DNA of 64,000 nucleotides, from NCBI RefSeq assembly GCF_000315625.1, contig NW_005434661.1:298878-362877 (forward strand), in the 5' to 3' direction. The notes beneath the pieces were generated by a model. That model had not been told where the DNA came from and did no database searches. It was given only the letters and a program-made list of their open reading frames with translations. Positions within the stretch are counted from its first letter, which is position 1; every line of letters starts with the position of its first letter. The position numbers were made by a program, and so were the translations under genes. The DNA is from Guillardia theta CCMP2712 (Eukaryota > Protista > Cryptophyta). Of the stretch, positions 10,768 to 23,884 are shown in pieces.

Positions 10768-13700
10768 ATGGCAGGCGAGGAGAGGAGGAGAGAAGCGCGA
10801 GGAGAGGCGGGTAGACCTGCGTGAAGGTCCAGCAAGGAGAAAGGGGCGAGGAGAACTTGGTAGCTACCATGAAGACACAGCTGCGGAAGTACAGTGAGGG
10901 CAGCAACTCGTTTGAAGACCAGGAGGGCGAAATTTCAGACGGAGCTTGGAAGGTGAGCACGGAGTTCTGATCTGAGAGCCTCTGGGCTCTTCTAATGTCT
11001 TCATTCAGCAGTTGGAGCAACGGCAACGAGAGATCCTGCGGATGCACGATGAAACTGCAAGGAAGCTGGAGATCTCGATCAAGAAGAATGGTCTTGCGTA
11101 CGAACAACAGGGGGGACGGAAGGGATCGGTCAATGTGAAAGGATTCAACTTTGCGACTGATCAACGAGACCTGGACACGAGAACTCAATCTCGTCTCCAG
11201 CACTTGCACGATGAGTGGCAAAGGCAATGTCCATTTAAACCTAAAACTCGAAGCGCAGCTTTGAATGGTGTTAGCTTCTCGAAAGGGGACATGTATGATC
11301 GGCAGGTCGATGATTGAGATTGGATGATTGTCTGCTGCTGATGGCCTAACAGGTTGCATGGAAACGTCTGAAGGACGAACGTGTCAACAGACTGAGAAAG
11401 GTTTCAAGTTCCCCGTCAACCCCGTCGTTTTCTTAACGGCCCTTTGAAGGAGAAGCAAGAGAATCTACAGCGCGATTGCACCTTTCAACCAAACAAAAAC
11501 TCAAATCGTGAGATCATGGTAGATGAAGATCAGGTGTTGTCTATCATGGATGAAAGGCTTCTCCCATTGATTGTTGCCTCTCGTCGTTTCGCAGATAGTT
11601 TCACGTCTGTATCGACAGGGTATTCGGAGGCAAAAGAAAAAGCAGAATGAGCTTCGACAGAAACTAGATGTACCTGAGATCAAACTTTATCAGACACTGT
11701 TTTCTCATATTTATCGGAAATTTTTACTTTTTCAGGAGGAATTCGAAAAGATATGTACATTTCAGCCGAATGGCACCAATCCAGACATGCAAACTATGAG
11801 CAAAGGTCATCATTACAGACCGCACTACATGGCTCCTTTGCATGTCGCTCCTCCTGTGAAGTATGTCAGCGAGTGAGTAGTCCTGTTGTTGTTTTCAGTT
11901 GTTGATTCTGCTCGCAGGCGCGAGCTTGAGGATCTAAGAGAATGTACATTCCATCCAAGGTGTTGCAATTCTTGCCACTTTGGCTGTGTTACGAGACAGC
12001 AATTCGCAGGGTCACAGGGGTGACCGATGAGATGCTGCTAGCAAAGCAATACATAGCAGAGCCAGGTTGCTCGCTTGCTCTCTGCTGCCTTTTCTTTGCT
12101 TCACCATGATTTATGTTGTGACCAGCCTGGGTCCGACTGTCAAGGGTGGATTCAACTCGTTTTAGCGGGTCAGAGAAGGTTTCAGAGCAAGTGATGGCAT
12201 TCTAAAAGACTGCATGCTTGCTCTCCTGACGTTGGATGTGGTGCAGAATAGTGGCACGAGCCTAAAGAGCTTTGCGAGACCAAGTTCAGCTCCTCCTCGT
12301 TCAACATTCACTTCAGGTTTTTTTTTGGCAGATCAAGCTCCACCATCGTTGTTCTTGACCCGTGATTGTTAGAGCGGAACAATCCTACCAAGAAGTCTCC
12401 CCACTTACGGCCGAACTCCAGTCACAAGGAGCAGACGAACGCGGGGGACAAGCAGGAGAGCTACAAGGAAAGGCTGATAGATTCTCAGCAAGAGAGGTCG
12501 CGGATGAGTTTTGACTCGATGCTGGAATATCTCAACTCCATCTCTGAGCCTCGGGCGCGGGCAGAGAAGGAGAAGAAACTGAGGACAGACGATGACGACG
12601 CCTTCCTAAAACGGCAAGAGGAGTTCACGAAACTGATGGAATGGAACCTCAACGGTTTCGCTGAATCTCCTCAACGAAAGTCTGGGCCTGTGCGATCCTC
12701 AGCACAGCACAACAAGGAAACCTCGAAGAACCCTGCTACAGAGAAGAAGAAGCAGGGCAAAGTCGCGATACGGGGCTCATACTCATGGGTGGAACAATTG
12801 CTTTCTGGTTCTAAGAGTTTGCGCGAGAGCAAAGTTGGCATCAGGTCGAAGAAGGGTGAGGCCGACTTCACGGCGAGGGAGGAGAAGAGGGTCGACTTGG
12901 CTGAGGGTATCAGGAAGGAGAACTCGTTCCTCGAGCGAGTGGAGAACTGGCGGCTCGAGAGGCAGGAGAGGATGAAAGATCTCTTCATGAAAGTGAAGAA
13001 GGAGCACACGTTTAAACCCAAGATCAACGCACGGAGCATGGTCAAGTCACCTCGTTCGTTGCAGGTCCGAGACTCCCCTGACAGAGGACCAACTGATCCC
13101 CCAGCAGGAGCTCTCAGAGGGTGACCTTCGCAGGAAGATGGAGATCCGGGAGAACCTGGGTCTGGAGCAGCTGGAGAAAGAGGTCTATCCCTTCAAGCCC
13201 TCCATCAACCAGAGGCCAGCCGAGGTCCTCCTTCTCCTTCTCCTTCTCCTTCTCCTTCTCCATCTCTTGAGTGATGCACATGTGCAGAGCTGCCTGAAGG
13301 TCAATCAAGAGCCCGATAGCTATGTGGAGCGCATGCGGAGCCGCCAAAAGACGATGCAGGTTCCTCGCCCATGCTCCCTTCCCCTCCAGAGCCTCGTCTC
13401 TGACGCGGACCTGCCATAGAAACACCTGGAGACTATGAAGGAGGAGATTGAGCGGGAGAGGATGACCGAGTGCTCTTTCCAGCCTCGCATCATTCAGGTG
13501 CCCCTCCTGGCTCGCAGCTGGAGTCTAGCTGACCCAGTAGTGGCAGCCTCCTCAGTTCGTCTCGAAGATAGCTGAGAGCAGGAGGAGACTCAAGTCTTCG
13601 GCACCTGACGTGAGTCCTGGTGGGGAGGCAGCACGGACTGACCGTCAGCAGGCCTCTCGCTCATCCTCCAGCAGGGACTGGAACCCATCGGTATCGACCG

Positions 13701-13938
13701 TCGAGGGAGGTCCAGAGAGGACCAGGTGCTTGCCTTGAATTCCCGTTCTGCGCTGAGATCACCGTTGCCCAGGAGCCCCAAGAGGAGTCAGACCGTGCTG
13801 CACAGCAGCAGTGCAGGCTCCAACAACTCGATCCTCCCGCAGTCCGCGGAGAGGAAGCAGAGGAGGAGTGCGCTGCTGGCGGCCGCTTACAGGATGAACT
13901 TGGGGATGGAGTCTTCCTCCAGCAGCGATGATGAATGA
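10768..13938 (+). CDS. Charged, coiled-coil-rich protein with repeated (C/H/Y)xF(K/Q/H)P motifs
   Basis: Multi-exon; CPFKPK, CTFQPN x2, CTFHP, HTFKPKIN, YPFKPSIN, CSFQPRI. Confidence 0.65.
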
Positions 13939-13987
13939 AACCTAGACCTCCGCGCCGACCGTTGACCGTGAGAGGGAAGGCAGCTCG

Positions 13988-15391
13988 TTATCGCCCCCAC
14001 TCCCTCGAGTCCAGGAACTGGCCGTCATGCGCCAGCTCAACCGAGAGCGGGAGGCCCGCACACTGGTCGCAGGAGCACCTTACGGAGGATGAGAGAAGAT
14101 AACGGCACGCGTGCTGTACCTTCTTGCCGGACGGAGGGCGATGAGCTTGCGATTCGTCTCCTCGTGGTCGCCCATGGAGCAAGTCATGCCGACCTGATCC
14201 TTCAGTTAGCGTTTTCCGCCTTGCCGCATAAAAAACACCAGGAGGAGCTTGCGAGGAGAGATCTCAGCTGCTGCATCCACCGCCTCCTGCAGGTTGAAGT
14301 GCGAGAAATGCTTCTTCTCGTCAAGAGCGTCGAGCACCAGGACCTGCCCGCTCAAATCAGGCCGGATCTCTGCGAACAGGCAGGATGGCTCGCCTGCGGG
14401 TGCGGAGAGTTCTTGAGAGAGCGGAGAACTTTGGAGGGGATGTGGCTGACGTCCGAGATGTAAACGAATCTTTGCCTGGTCGTTGCTGTCAAGAGTGCTC
14501 CGCCTCCTCCCCTTGCTGCCATACTTGTCCGACTTGAACTCAAACCCCAGGCTGATCAAGCTGCCTCCATGTAGGACAGGGAGCGGGCGGACCTTCAGGC
14601 CTGAGGAGAAGAGTCATGGTGACTGTTTGCTCCAGCCATGAGAGGTCAGGACCTTCACATCCTTCCACCTCGAACTCTTCGTCTGAGATGATGTTCCACC
14701 TGATCCTTGAGACGAACCTGGACCCTGAGTCGGAACGGTTCTTGCTCTCTACCTCGAGAGCGCTCCCCGTACCAGGCACCAGATAGCTTCAAGTCGGCAT
14801 GAGCGATCTAGATGGGTCACAGAACGAGACCTCTCACCTGAACCTCCGCTTGACCTCGTCGAAAGTTGCCTCGTTGAGATAGACGGGGAGAGGGGGGAAG
14901 TGTTTGAGAATGACCCCGCTCTGCTCTTGGAAGTCGCGGATGTCATCCAGTCCATGGATGGCATCGGCATGACTGTGCGTAAGGAGCAGGGAGTCCAAGG
15001 AGCGAACGCCGTGCTGAGGTAAGAACCGCATGCAATTCTCCCGCATCGTCTTCCCCGCGTCCACCATGATGTGCCGGGGTCGCCCGTCCTTGTGCCAAAA
15101 GCGCAGTAGGATGGAGACATTCCCCCTGCGGTTCTTCGAAGACTCCCGCATGGCGTCATGGCAGACATGGCACTTGGGCATCGATGGGTCAGGGCGGACG
15201 ATGCAGCCAATCTTGGGTATCCCTGTAGAGACGCCGGTGCCAATGAAGAGAACGTCGAAAGAACCGGGAGGAGGAGGAGGAGAAGGAGGAGAAGGAGGAA
15301 GAGATTCAGCCTGGGAGAGTAGTGAAGAACATGGGTCAAGGAGGAGGAGGAGGAGGAGGAGGAGGAGGAGGGGGACTCTGCCTGGCCGCAT
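13988..15391 (-). CDS. Metallo-beta-lactamase-fold hydrolase (PhnP / S. pombe C777.06c-like) with N-terminal signal peptide
   Basis: FIGTGVSTGIP; KNRRGNVSILL; VDAGK; LLTHSHADAIHGLDDIR; YISDVS; LVLDAL; HFSHF; LAHDG; poly-Leu N-terminus. Confidence 0.9.
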
Positions 15392-15522
15392 GCCAGCAAG
15401 GTTCGCTGGGCGAGTTTGCCTGTGGTGGTGTTTTTGCAAAGTTTTTGCAGGATCGCAGGGGAATGAGGGGGGATGAGGGGCAGGATTTACATGGAAGGCA
15501 TGGCGGGAGGAGGGAGTGGACG

Positions 15523-18115
15523 ATGGTGAGAGTCTACCTTCACGTGGAGGGGGAGGAGCCCGAGTTCACCCTCCCGCTCTCCCTCGAGGCCTCTGACGAG
15601 AGGACAGTGGATGAGTTCAAGTGCGTCCTGCTCAAGGAGTACAACGGAAGGTTCGGGCGGTCGCTCGACCCCGCCGGGTTCTCCCTTGCGACCTCAAACC
15701 AGAAGCTGCTCCCGTCCTCGGAGCGTCTGTTTGCCCTGGCCAAACGGAACCTGGACATCTTCCTGGTCCCTCGGAAGGCGGAGGGGGCAAAGGCAAAGTC
15801 GCAGCCTCGTGTCAAGGCCCAGGAGGTCAAGGCGAAGGATCGGAGCGGCAACGTGTCCTCGACTCCTCCCCCTTCTGCCCACTCGTCCTCTTCTCCTGCT
15901 GCGTCTTCATCCTCCCCAACTGCTGCTGCTTCCTCTCCCCCTCCTCTTCCCAAGGTTGAATCGCAGAAAGCTGAACCACCAAAGAAGCGATGGACTCGAC
16001 CTGTGCTGGCGGAACCCAAGTTAGAACCCCAGGCAGAGGAATGGCTTCGCAACTCGCTCAATGTGGCGGAGCAGCTGAAGGCGAAGGGGAGCTTGCGACA
16101 GGCATGCATAGCCTGGAAGAGCATCCTGTCGGTATGTCCCAAGCTGGAGTGCCTGGAGGGGTTGGGGAGCGCAGAGCTTTCATGCAAGCGATACGACGAA
16201 GCGATCGAGTATTTCAGTAAAGCCGTGGCGATCGGAGGACCGAAGCTGTCCTACATGCGGTCACTCGGCTTGGCATGTCACTGCAAGGGCGAGTACATGG
16301 AGGCGTTGACCTTCTTCACCCGAGCCCTTGAGATGGTCAAGAACGAGCAGGACAAGGAGGCCCAGGAAATCAAAGTGCTCATGGGTAAGTCCCTCTACGC
16401 CAGCGGCGAGCAAGAGGCTGCGATCCAAGTGTACACAGAGATCTTGCAGAAGCACGAGGACAACGACCTGGCGCTGCTGGAGTACGCCAAGGCATACATC
16501 GACCGGAGGAGGAGCGGCGAGGCCCTCAGGATCCTGTTGAGGGTTCTAGTGCACATGCCTAACGACAAGGAGACGCGGAGGCTGATGTCGGAGATCATCA
16601 AGGCGCCGGGGGGGATGAGCATCTTGAAGACCGAGCTGGGAGAGGCGGCGAGCTCGGGCCCAGCTCTGGCGTTCATCGCGACCCTCATCAAGGATTATGG
16701 AGCCGTGGAGGAGGCGGTACAGCTGTACTACAGCGCGCTGGAGAGCTCACCTGCCATGACCGCGTACATCCTCAACCTTGTGCACACGCTGGAAGTCTGC
16801 AATCGGTACCAGGAGGCGCTCATGATCTCAGTCTCCTTCTGCCAGGAACAGCAGGCGATGGCCATCGGGGATCACTACACCAACGGGGACGTCGCCGACA
16901 TGCTCAAAGACATTGACGATCTCTTCTCCCCTGCCTACAAGCTGCCGCTCAGCAAGGACCCGCATCCCGGCATCTTCAAGACGGTCGTCTGGATCCCCAA
17001 CCACGGCTCGGTCATCTGCAGAAAGGGAGAGGAAAAGTCGCTGGTGGAGAAGGGAGAGGGAGCTTCGACCGCCCTTCCCAGCCCAGCAGCTCCTGCGCCG
17101 GAGGCGAGCAAGCAGAAGCTTCCTCCCTACAGTTCTGACGAGTTGGACCTCCTCGCTCTTCACTTCACCATCGTCAAGATCCTCTACGTCACAGGCGCTC
17201 TGGCGAGGATCCCCGACCTTGTCGAGCTGATCGAACCAGCGAGGAGGGGGTGGGACATGCACCTGACCAACATCCGCAACGAGCACGCGTACTACTGCTG
17301 TGTTGCTCAGCTGATGGTGGACATCCCCTGGCCTTATCCCTCCTGCAAGGGCGAGATCTTCGTGGCAGGAGACTCCCACTGCCTCTCCACCGCCTGGCAG
17401 GTCCTCAGCGTCCATGGCTCCTCCGTGCCGCTCGTCCCGAAGCTGGTGACGGGCTTGAAGTGCTGGCACCTGCGCGAAGAATCTGTCTTCTTCCCCAAGA
17501 ACAACTTCTACAACGTGATGGCCTCGATCCCTGACGGAGCTAGCGTCATCTTCCTCTTCGGCGAGATCGACTGCAGGGAGGGGATCCTCCGGGCTGTGGA
17601 GAAGGGAGTCTACGCTGACCTCGACGAGGGCATCGCCTACACCATCGGCGTCTACACCTCAGCTCTCCTCCAACTGCAGAGCCAGCGCAAGTGGAAGGTG
17701 TTTGTCCAGCCCGTCGCTCCTGTCCTCAACGAGACGCGCGAGGTTGTCAAGCTCTTCAACAAGAAGCTGAAGGAGGAGGTCACTGCCCTTCCCTCCTTCC
17801 GCTTCCTCGATATCCTTGACGACCTGCTCACCCCCGACGGCAAATTCTTGAGCCCCGAGTTCGAGATGTGAGTCCGGATTCTCCTCCCCTTCCCTCGTCT
17901 CTCCTCCTCCAGCACTTCCCCTTCCACTCACTCCTACACCCGTCCTGCTCCTCCCCTTCCATTCCCTCCCCTCCTCCTGCTTCTCTCCTCTCGCTTTCTA
18001 TTCTCCTCCCTCTGCCTCCCTCTCTACGATGATGCTCACTCCCGCAATCAGGGACGGCACCCACATGAGCCCGAAGTACGTCCGCTTGCTCGAGCACAGA
18101 TTGAACCAGGTGTAA
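15523..18115 (+). CDS. TPR-repeat protein with N-terminal ubiquitin-like segment and C-terminal SGNH-like hydrolase domain
   Basis: TPR helices (LGSAELSCKRYDEAIEYFSKAV, LGLACHCKGEYMEALTFFTRAL, MGKSLYASGEQEAAIQVYTEIL); VAGDSH; FLFGEIDCREG; final exon DGTHMSPKY. Confidence 0.8.
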
Positions 18116-18359
18116 CCTGCGCTCCTCCCCCGCTTGCCCACCTGACCGCCTGCAGTTCCCCCAGCAGGAAGTTCTCTCCTAGTACAAGACCGACGTGAGC
18201 TGCCTTTATTTACATCACCAGCTCCTCTATTGGAGGCCTCTCCATTCCCATCGCTGCAGCCCCTCCTCTCCTGCTGCCTCGGGCTGTTATGAGGCATCCT
18301 GCCCTCTAGCTCGTGCAATGGCCTCGTTAATTGCGACAGGCCAGACCTGGAAGAGGAAG

Positions 18360-21300
18360 TTAGAGTAGTGGTCCATCAAAGCGTTTGATACCTGATCTTT
18401 GTCCTGCAAGCGGCCCGTTAGGTTGGGGCGGGACTTGAGCTCTCCTGGCCTGCAACATCATGTCATGCGGCGACCAAGTCGTGTCCTGCTCTTTCCTGAT
18501 GTCATTCTCACGGATCTGCGTCAGGAGCTGAGGAAGCGTGGCTTGCACCCCCTTCACCAGCTTCCATGCCTCCTCGCGCTGCTTCTCTGTCCCACGGATC
18601 ACAATGGCACCTGGCCTCTTGGTCAGCTGCCTCTCCACTGGCCCCTTCTCGCCTGGATCTCACCAACTGGATCCTTCTCAAAGCTGATCTTTGCCCCGGA
18701 TGCTTGCTCGATCGCCTGTAGCAAGTGAATGTGAGGAAGTTGTCAACTTCCTCCTATCTTCCTCGAACATCCATCCATCCATCTATCCATCCATCCATCC
18801 ATCCATCTTCTTTCTTTTCATCCTCTCAGGCCGTCGTAGATCCTCCTCATACCTTGACTGTAAGGCCCTTCTTGCCAAGAAGAATTCCATGGTACTTCAC
18901 GTTCATCTCGTATCGCTTTTCTCCTGCTCGTCCTTCAGCCTCGCGCAAAGGCAACACAAGATCTCTGACCGACAGCAACTCCTCCTTTGTTCAGGGTCAC
19001 CATGGTAGTGCCCGAGATGGGCTGGATGGGAGATTAGCAAACAACGCTTATTCCTTGACCGATACAATCACCTGCAGCTCTTGCTGCCTACGAGCAGCTT
19101 CGATGATGCTCTCCGACCGATCGAGAGGTTTCTTGAGTCCCAAGGATGCATAGGAAGATTCGGATGCTGAGAACGAGGAGCTTGAACGCGGAATGTTCTT
19201 CTCCGTCGGCTGGACGAGATTCAAAGAGGTGAGACAACGAAGGACATTCAAACAACTGACCTTAAATTCCTTCAACTTCAAGTCTTTCGGATCTGTCTCT
19301 TGCTCGTCTCCATACTCTGTGAACATCTGCCAAGTTCCTTGCATCACAAAGACACCGAGATCTCCCCACTTCCACTCAAAACCCACAGAATATCACCCCT
19401 GTGACTTACAATGGTGTATTTTCCATCTTTTGTAACTTCAAGCACTTCTGCTTCATACCATTTGTTGTCCTCGTACCTGCCAAAAAACATTAAGTCCTGC
19501 TTTTCAGCAGTAGGTGCATCACCATTTCGCCTCTACCAAGGTACCCACGGCAAGCTGGGGTCTTTCTGGCTTTGAAACAGGTTTCAAAGCTTCCCAACTT
19601 GTGCTTTCCTCCTGGTCAAACCTTGATCATGATGCTCCGAAACGAATAGGCTGACAATCTACCTCTGACTTCTCTTCCGAGAACGATTGCGCGTATTTTT
19701 CATTCCTCTGCTTCTTGAGGAGAGACATCTGCGCCATCTCTGCAGCAATTTTTGATATTGGCTGTGAATACAGTTCAACCTCGGACCAGTCTACAGCAAC
19801 GAGTACCTTGACCTGGGAAGAATCCTTCGACTTTTCTTCTGTTGGAGTTGTTGGGTCAGACTTGTAAATTTCTTTCTGCTCAGCTGGAGCCTTGCTGGCT
19901 GTCTTCAGCGCCTCGAACAGAGATGAGCTGGCAGGAGCAAGCTTCTCTGGCGATGAACGCAGCATGTCGTAGCTCTCCCTGACGACCGTAGCACCTCCTC
20001 CTGTTGCTGCTGCTGCTTTCTTCTCCTCCCTCGCTGCTTCGGGGGCCTTCTGCTCAGCTGGAGCCTTGCTGGCTGTCTTCAGCGCCTCGTACAGAGATGA
20101 GCTGGCAGGAGCAAGCTTCTCTGGCGATGAACGCAGCATGTCGTAGCTCTCCCTGACGACCGTAGCACCTCCTGCTGTTGCTGCTGCTGCTTTCTTCTCC
20201 TCCCTCGCTGCTTCGGGGGCCTTCTGCTCAGCTGGAGCCTTGCTGGCTGTCTTCAGCGCCTCGTACAGAGATGAGCTGGCAGGAGCAAGCTTCTCTGGCG
20301 ATGAACGCAGCATGTCGTAGCTCTCCCTGACGACCGTAGCACCTCCTGCTGTTGCTGCTGCTGCTTTCTTCTCCTCCCTCGCTGCTTCGGGGGCCTTCTG
20401 CTCAGCTGGAGCCTTGCTGGCTGTCTTCAGCGCCTCGTACAGAGATGAGCTGGCAGGAGCAAGCTTCTCTGGCGATGAACGCAGCATGTCGTAGCTCTCC
20501 CTGACGACCGTAGCACCTCCTGCTGTTGCTGCTGCTGCTTTCTTCTCCTCCCTCGCTGCTTCGGGGGCCTTCTGCTCAGCTGGAGCCTTGCTGGCTGTCT
20601 TCAGCGCCTCGTACAGAGATGAGCTGGCAGGAGCAAGCTTCTCTGGCGATGAACGGAGCATGTCGAGGGACAGGATTGGACCCTGCTGCAAGAAGTGAAT
20701 GGATCATCCAAAGACACTATGATCACTCACAAGTGGTACTTTGGGTACCGGAGAACTCCGAGGCTTTGCGACTGAGGGTTCCTCTCCTCTGCAGTCAGAA
20801 AGCAGTCAGGAAAATCCATCAAACCTTTGTATGCATCCCGTACCCAGACAGATCAATACTCTCCACTGAAAACAAGGACTCCAGGACCTCGTTTTCATCC
20901 ACCATAGGAACTGATTTCTCCTCCAAACTGCTCAAGCTGTGATGGCTTCGTAAATCTTGCAGCTTTTAAGCGAAAATCGTGTACCCGATCAGGGCTCGAT
21001 CAAGAATGCTCTTACAGCTTTTCATTTCAGTTTCAGCTTTACGATATCCCTTCCGACCAGCTTCGCCTTCCAGGAAAATTACTATGGTCGATTTTTGAAT
21101 CCCCAGGCTTACCAAAGGAAAAGATTGCTCTTTCTGCCAGATCCACAGCCTCTGCAAACCTGCAGCGTAACAAGATTACACAAGTAGACAGCAGGAGGGA
21201 CAATTGCCTCTCATTCTTTAGTGCTAGCCTAGCTGCACGATCAAGATTTGCTCCAAGATCTTTGTCCTGAAAAGCAATCCTTACTTACACAATCTGATGT

Positions 21301-23884
21301 CCCCTTCTCAAATGAGCAAACTGAACTTGTTGTTACCTGCCTCCAGAGTTCTTGCTTTTGATCTGCTTGATTTCCTGATTTCGAATCTTTCCCGACTATC
21401 AAACCCGATCGCTTCATCCTTGCTTCCTCCTTCAAATTTATGTGAGAATGGAGCGTCGTGAAAGAGGACTTTGCTCACTCTCTTGGAGTCCACCAATTCT
21501 TGCCTCTTTTTCTCTTCAACCTGTTTAGAGACATGAGGAAACTTGGCGGAAATCTCTCGTATCACCTGTTGTCTCTTTACTGAAGCTTCGGAGCTTTGCT
21601 GCTTCTGCTGCTCCATCTCCTGCATAACCCCTTCACATCCAAAGGAAGCAGGACAATTAAGATAAATTCCACCTTTCTCATCTGCAACTTTTCTTCTGTT
21701 CGAACCTAGTTATATTGCAGATCATGAAACGGAAACCAACGATGTCAGAAAGCACTTTGATCTCCAACACTTTGGTGAGTTCTTCTGTCGTAATCCTTCC
21801 ATAGTACGTTTCTACTTCACGCAAGGCTCCCTGCCGAGCGAACAAATGTTACCCTTGACTTGAACTTTAGAGTTAACCTGGGCTCGCTCTGCATAGATAA
21901 TCGCACTATCAAGGTCTCCATTCTTCAGCCATTGACCTTGAATCAAGTCATCATCCAATAGGGAAAGAACGAAAGTCCACACCCGCTTCATCTGCAAGCC
22001 TGATGGCCTCTGCCCTTGCTTCGACCTGCTGCAAGTTCACCACCTCACAAAGATCGATCTCCGCGTCGCTCTACCTGCCCCTTAGCACAACGTGAGATCT
22101 CTAGTTGAAGAGACTTCCCTTGCTCAATGAGATCCTCTGTAAATGGTCCAAAACCTGAGGAACTGCATACCCTCCACTGCCCATCGCCTCACCAGCAGCG
22201 ACAGTACCCGTAGAAAGCTGTTCTTGGAAGCGAGCAATCGCTGTAGAGACTATGCTTTCAGCCTTATACAACAATCACATTTGAAAATCGAGAGGATTCG
22301 CACGAAAAACCTCGTCGAACACCCCAGCCCTCAACTTGATTTCTGCTTCCTTGAGCTGCAAGATGCCTTCACGCCTGCAAGTGGGAATCACTAATGGATA
22401 TCACCATGGAAGTGAAAGCACCTGATGAGAATCCACGCCTGATCCCTCTTCTCCTGTTCAACTTCTTCTTTTGACTTCTGTAATGTAATGAGCCACATTC
22501 CACAAGCAATTTTTCACCAATTTCGAACCTCGATCGGGGTAGCCTGCAAAGATCAATTGAGCAAAGACATCTTGAAAAACTTTGAGCTACCTTTTCGGTT
22601 GCTTTATCTGCAGCCTTTGCTTCATTCTCCATCGCCTCAGCAAGCTTGGCACCATCGATTACTTCAGGTCTGTCGGAACGGATGAGAAAGACCCAAGACG
22701 CTATTTGCTCACGCACGCTTTCTTCTCTCCAAATCCGAGTCCATCTTCAAAAAGACGATAACCAAGTCCTGAATGAAGTAAGCCATGACAAGCATGCTGT
22801 ATTCTGCCAGCTAGTACCTGGATCCGCCGTTCTTGACTTTGATCGCTGTTACTCAATAGTCAGCAAACATGCAGGGGCAAAGCAGACAGCTGGCGATGCT
22901 TACGTCCATCATACCAAACAGAGCTGAGAACTATAGAAAAAAGGTTCAGAGATAATTTGCAATCGAGATTTTGCATGAACACCGCATCAAACATCATACT
23001 CATTGGTCCCATCCTACCACCTGTTAGTATGGATACTAAGCAACAATCGTGCTGTACCGTGCTGCAGCAATGGGATCAGTCAAGGAGGTCCCTCCCCCCT
23101 GCAGCGGATCTGCAGCATCAAGCTCGTCCTCTGCAAAGAGAAGCATAAGAAGAGAGCGCATCGTTTTCGCCGGGACAGCCTCTTGGGACATACCAGTGAT
23201 GGTAGTTACGACTTCCCCGTCCCGATACAGGATCCACTCCGTCCTTTCCTGTGGGATTATTGCGAGTCAGATCTGTCTAGAAGCCACCATACGAGTACAT
23301 CCAATTCCAGAGGAATTGCTTGATCACCAAACCTTCGGAAAGAGGATTAAACATTGATTTTGACGCTTGTCAGCATGACAAGCACTTACAGGTCCTCCTG
23401 ATCCTTCCGACCTTCGACAAACCAGCTCTTTTGTCCTATGATGAGGTATCCACCTGACAATAGCGGAAGAACCTGCATATAAAATCACGGTACGATAACA
23501 AAGCAAACCACCTTTCCTTCTGGATCTTGGAACTCTCGAGAGGACTGTCAGCAATTCGCATCCTTCCAATTATCCATCAAAAACAAAACCCTGGGTTCGA
23601 TTACAGCAGGCTAGATACCTTGTCTTGGACAAGTAAAGTCTGGATGCACTCAATTCTCTCTCGAAACGTCCTGAGTATCCAGAAGATCGCTGTTTCATGC
23701 CACAGACGAACGACGAAGTGCCAGGCGTAAAGCTTCCGTACTTGGTCGAGAATGGTGGAGAAAATGAAGCAACAGGATGGATTGAGACGGAGAATGATAA
23801 GATCGTGAATTGGATCATACTCTCAAGAATCCATGCTCGCCCTACACCCCCTCTCTCCCTCTCCCCACGCCTGCGTGCTACCAT
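18360..23884 (-). CDS. Large multi-exon protein: putative bipartite targeting N-terminus, helical region, 58-aa tandem repeats, Tudor and KH domains
   Basis: Tudor: AVGTLVEAKWYEDNKWYEAEVLEVTKDGKYTIMFTEYGDEQE. KH: YHGILLGKKGLTVKAIEQASGAKISF...GAIVIRGTEKQREEAWKLV. N-terminus FTILSFSVSIHPVAS-F. Single-gene continuity is inferred. Confidence 0.65.
19874..20665 (-). repeat. Coding tandem repeat, 174-bp unit (58 aa), ~4.5 near-identical copies
   Basis: AGCATGTCG recurs at 19961, 20135 and onward at 174-bp spacing; unit DMLRSSPEKLAPASSSLYEALKTASKAPAEQKAPEAAREEKKAAAATAGGATVVRESY. Confidence 0.95.

Noticed and set aside
15322-15522. Poly-Gly N-terminal extension of the 849-aa ORF
   Set aside because: It overlaps the antisense signal-peptide codons of the MBL gene; ATG 15523 is the more plausible start.
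19874-20665. 174-bp repeat as nucleosome-length satellite DNA
   Set aside because: It is in frame within a spliced coding exon and has only ~4.5 copies.
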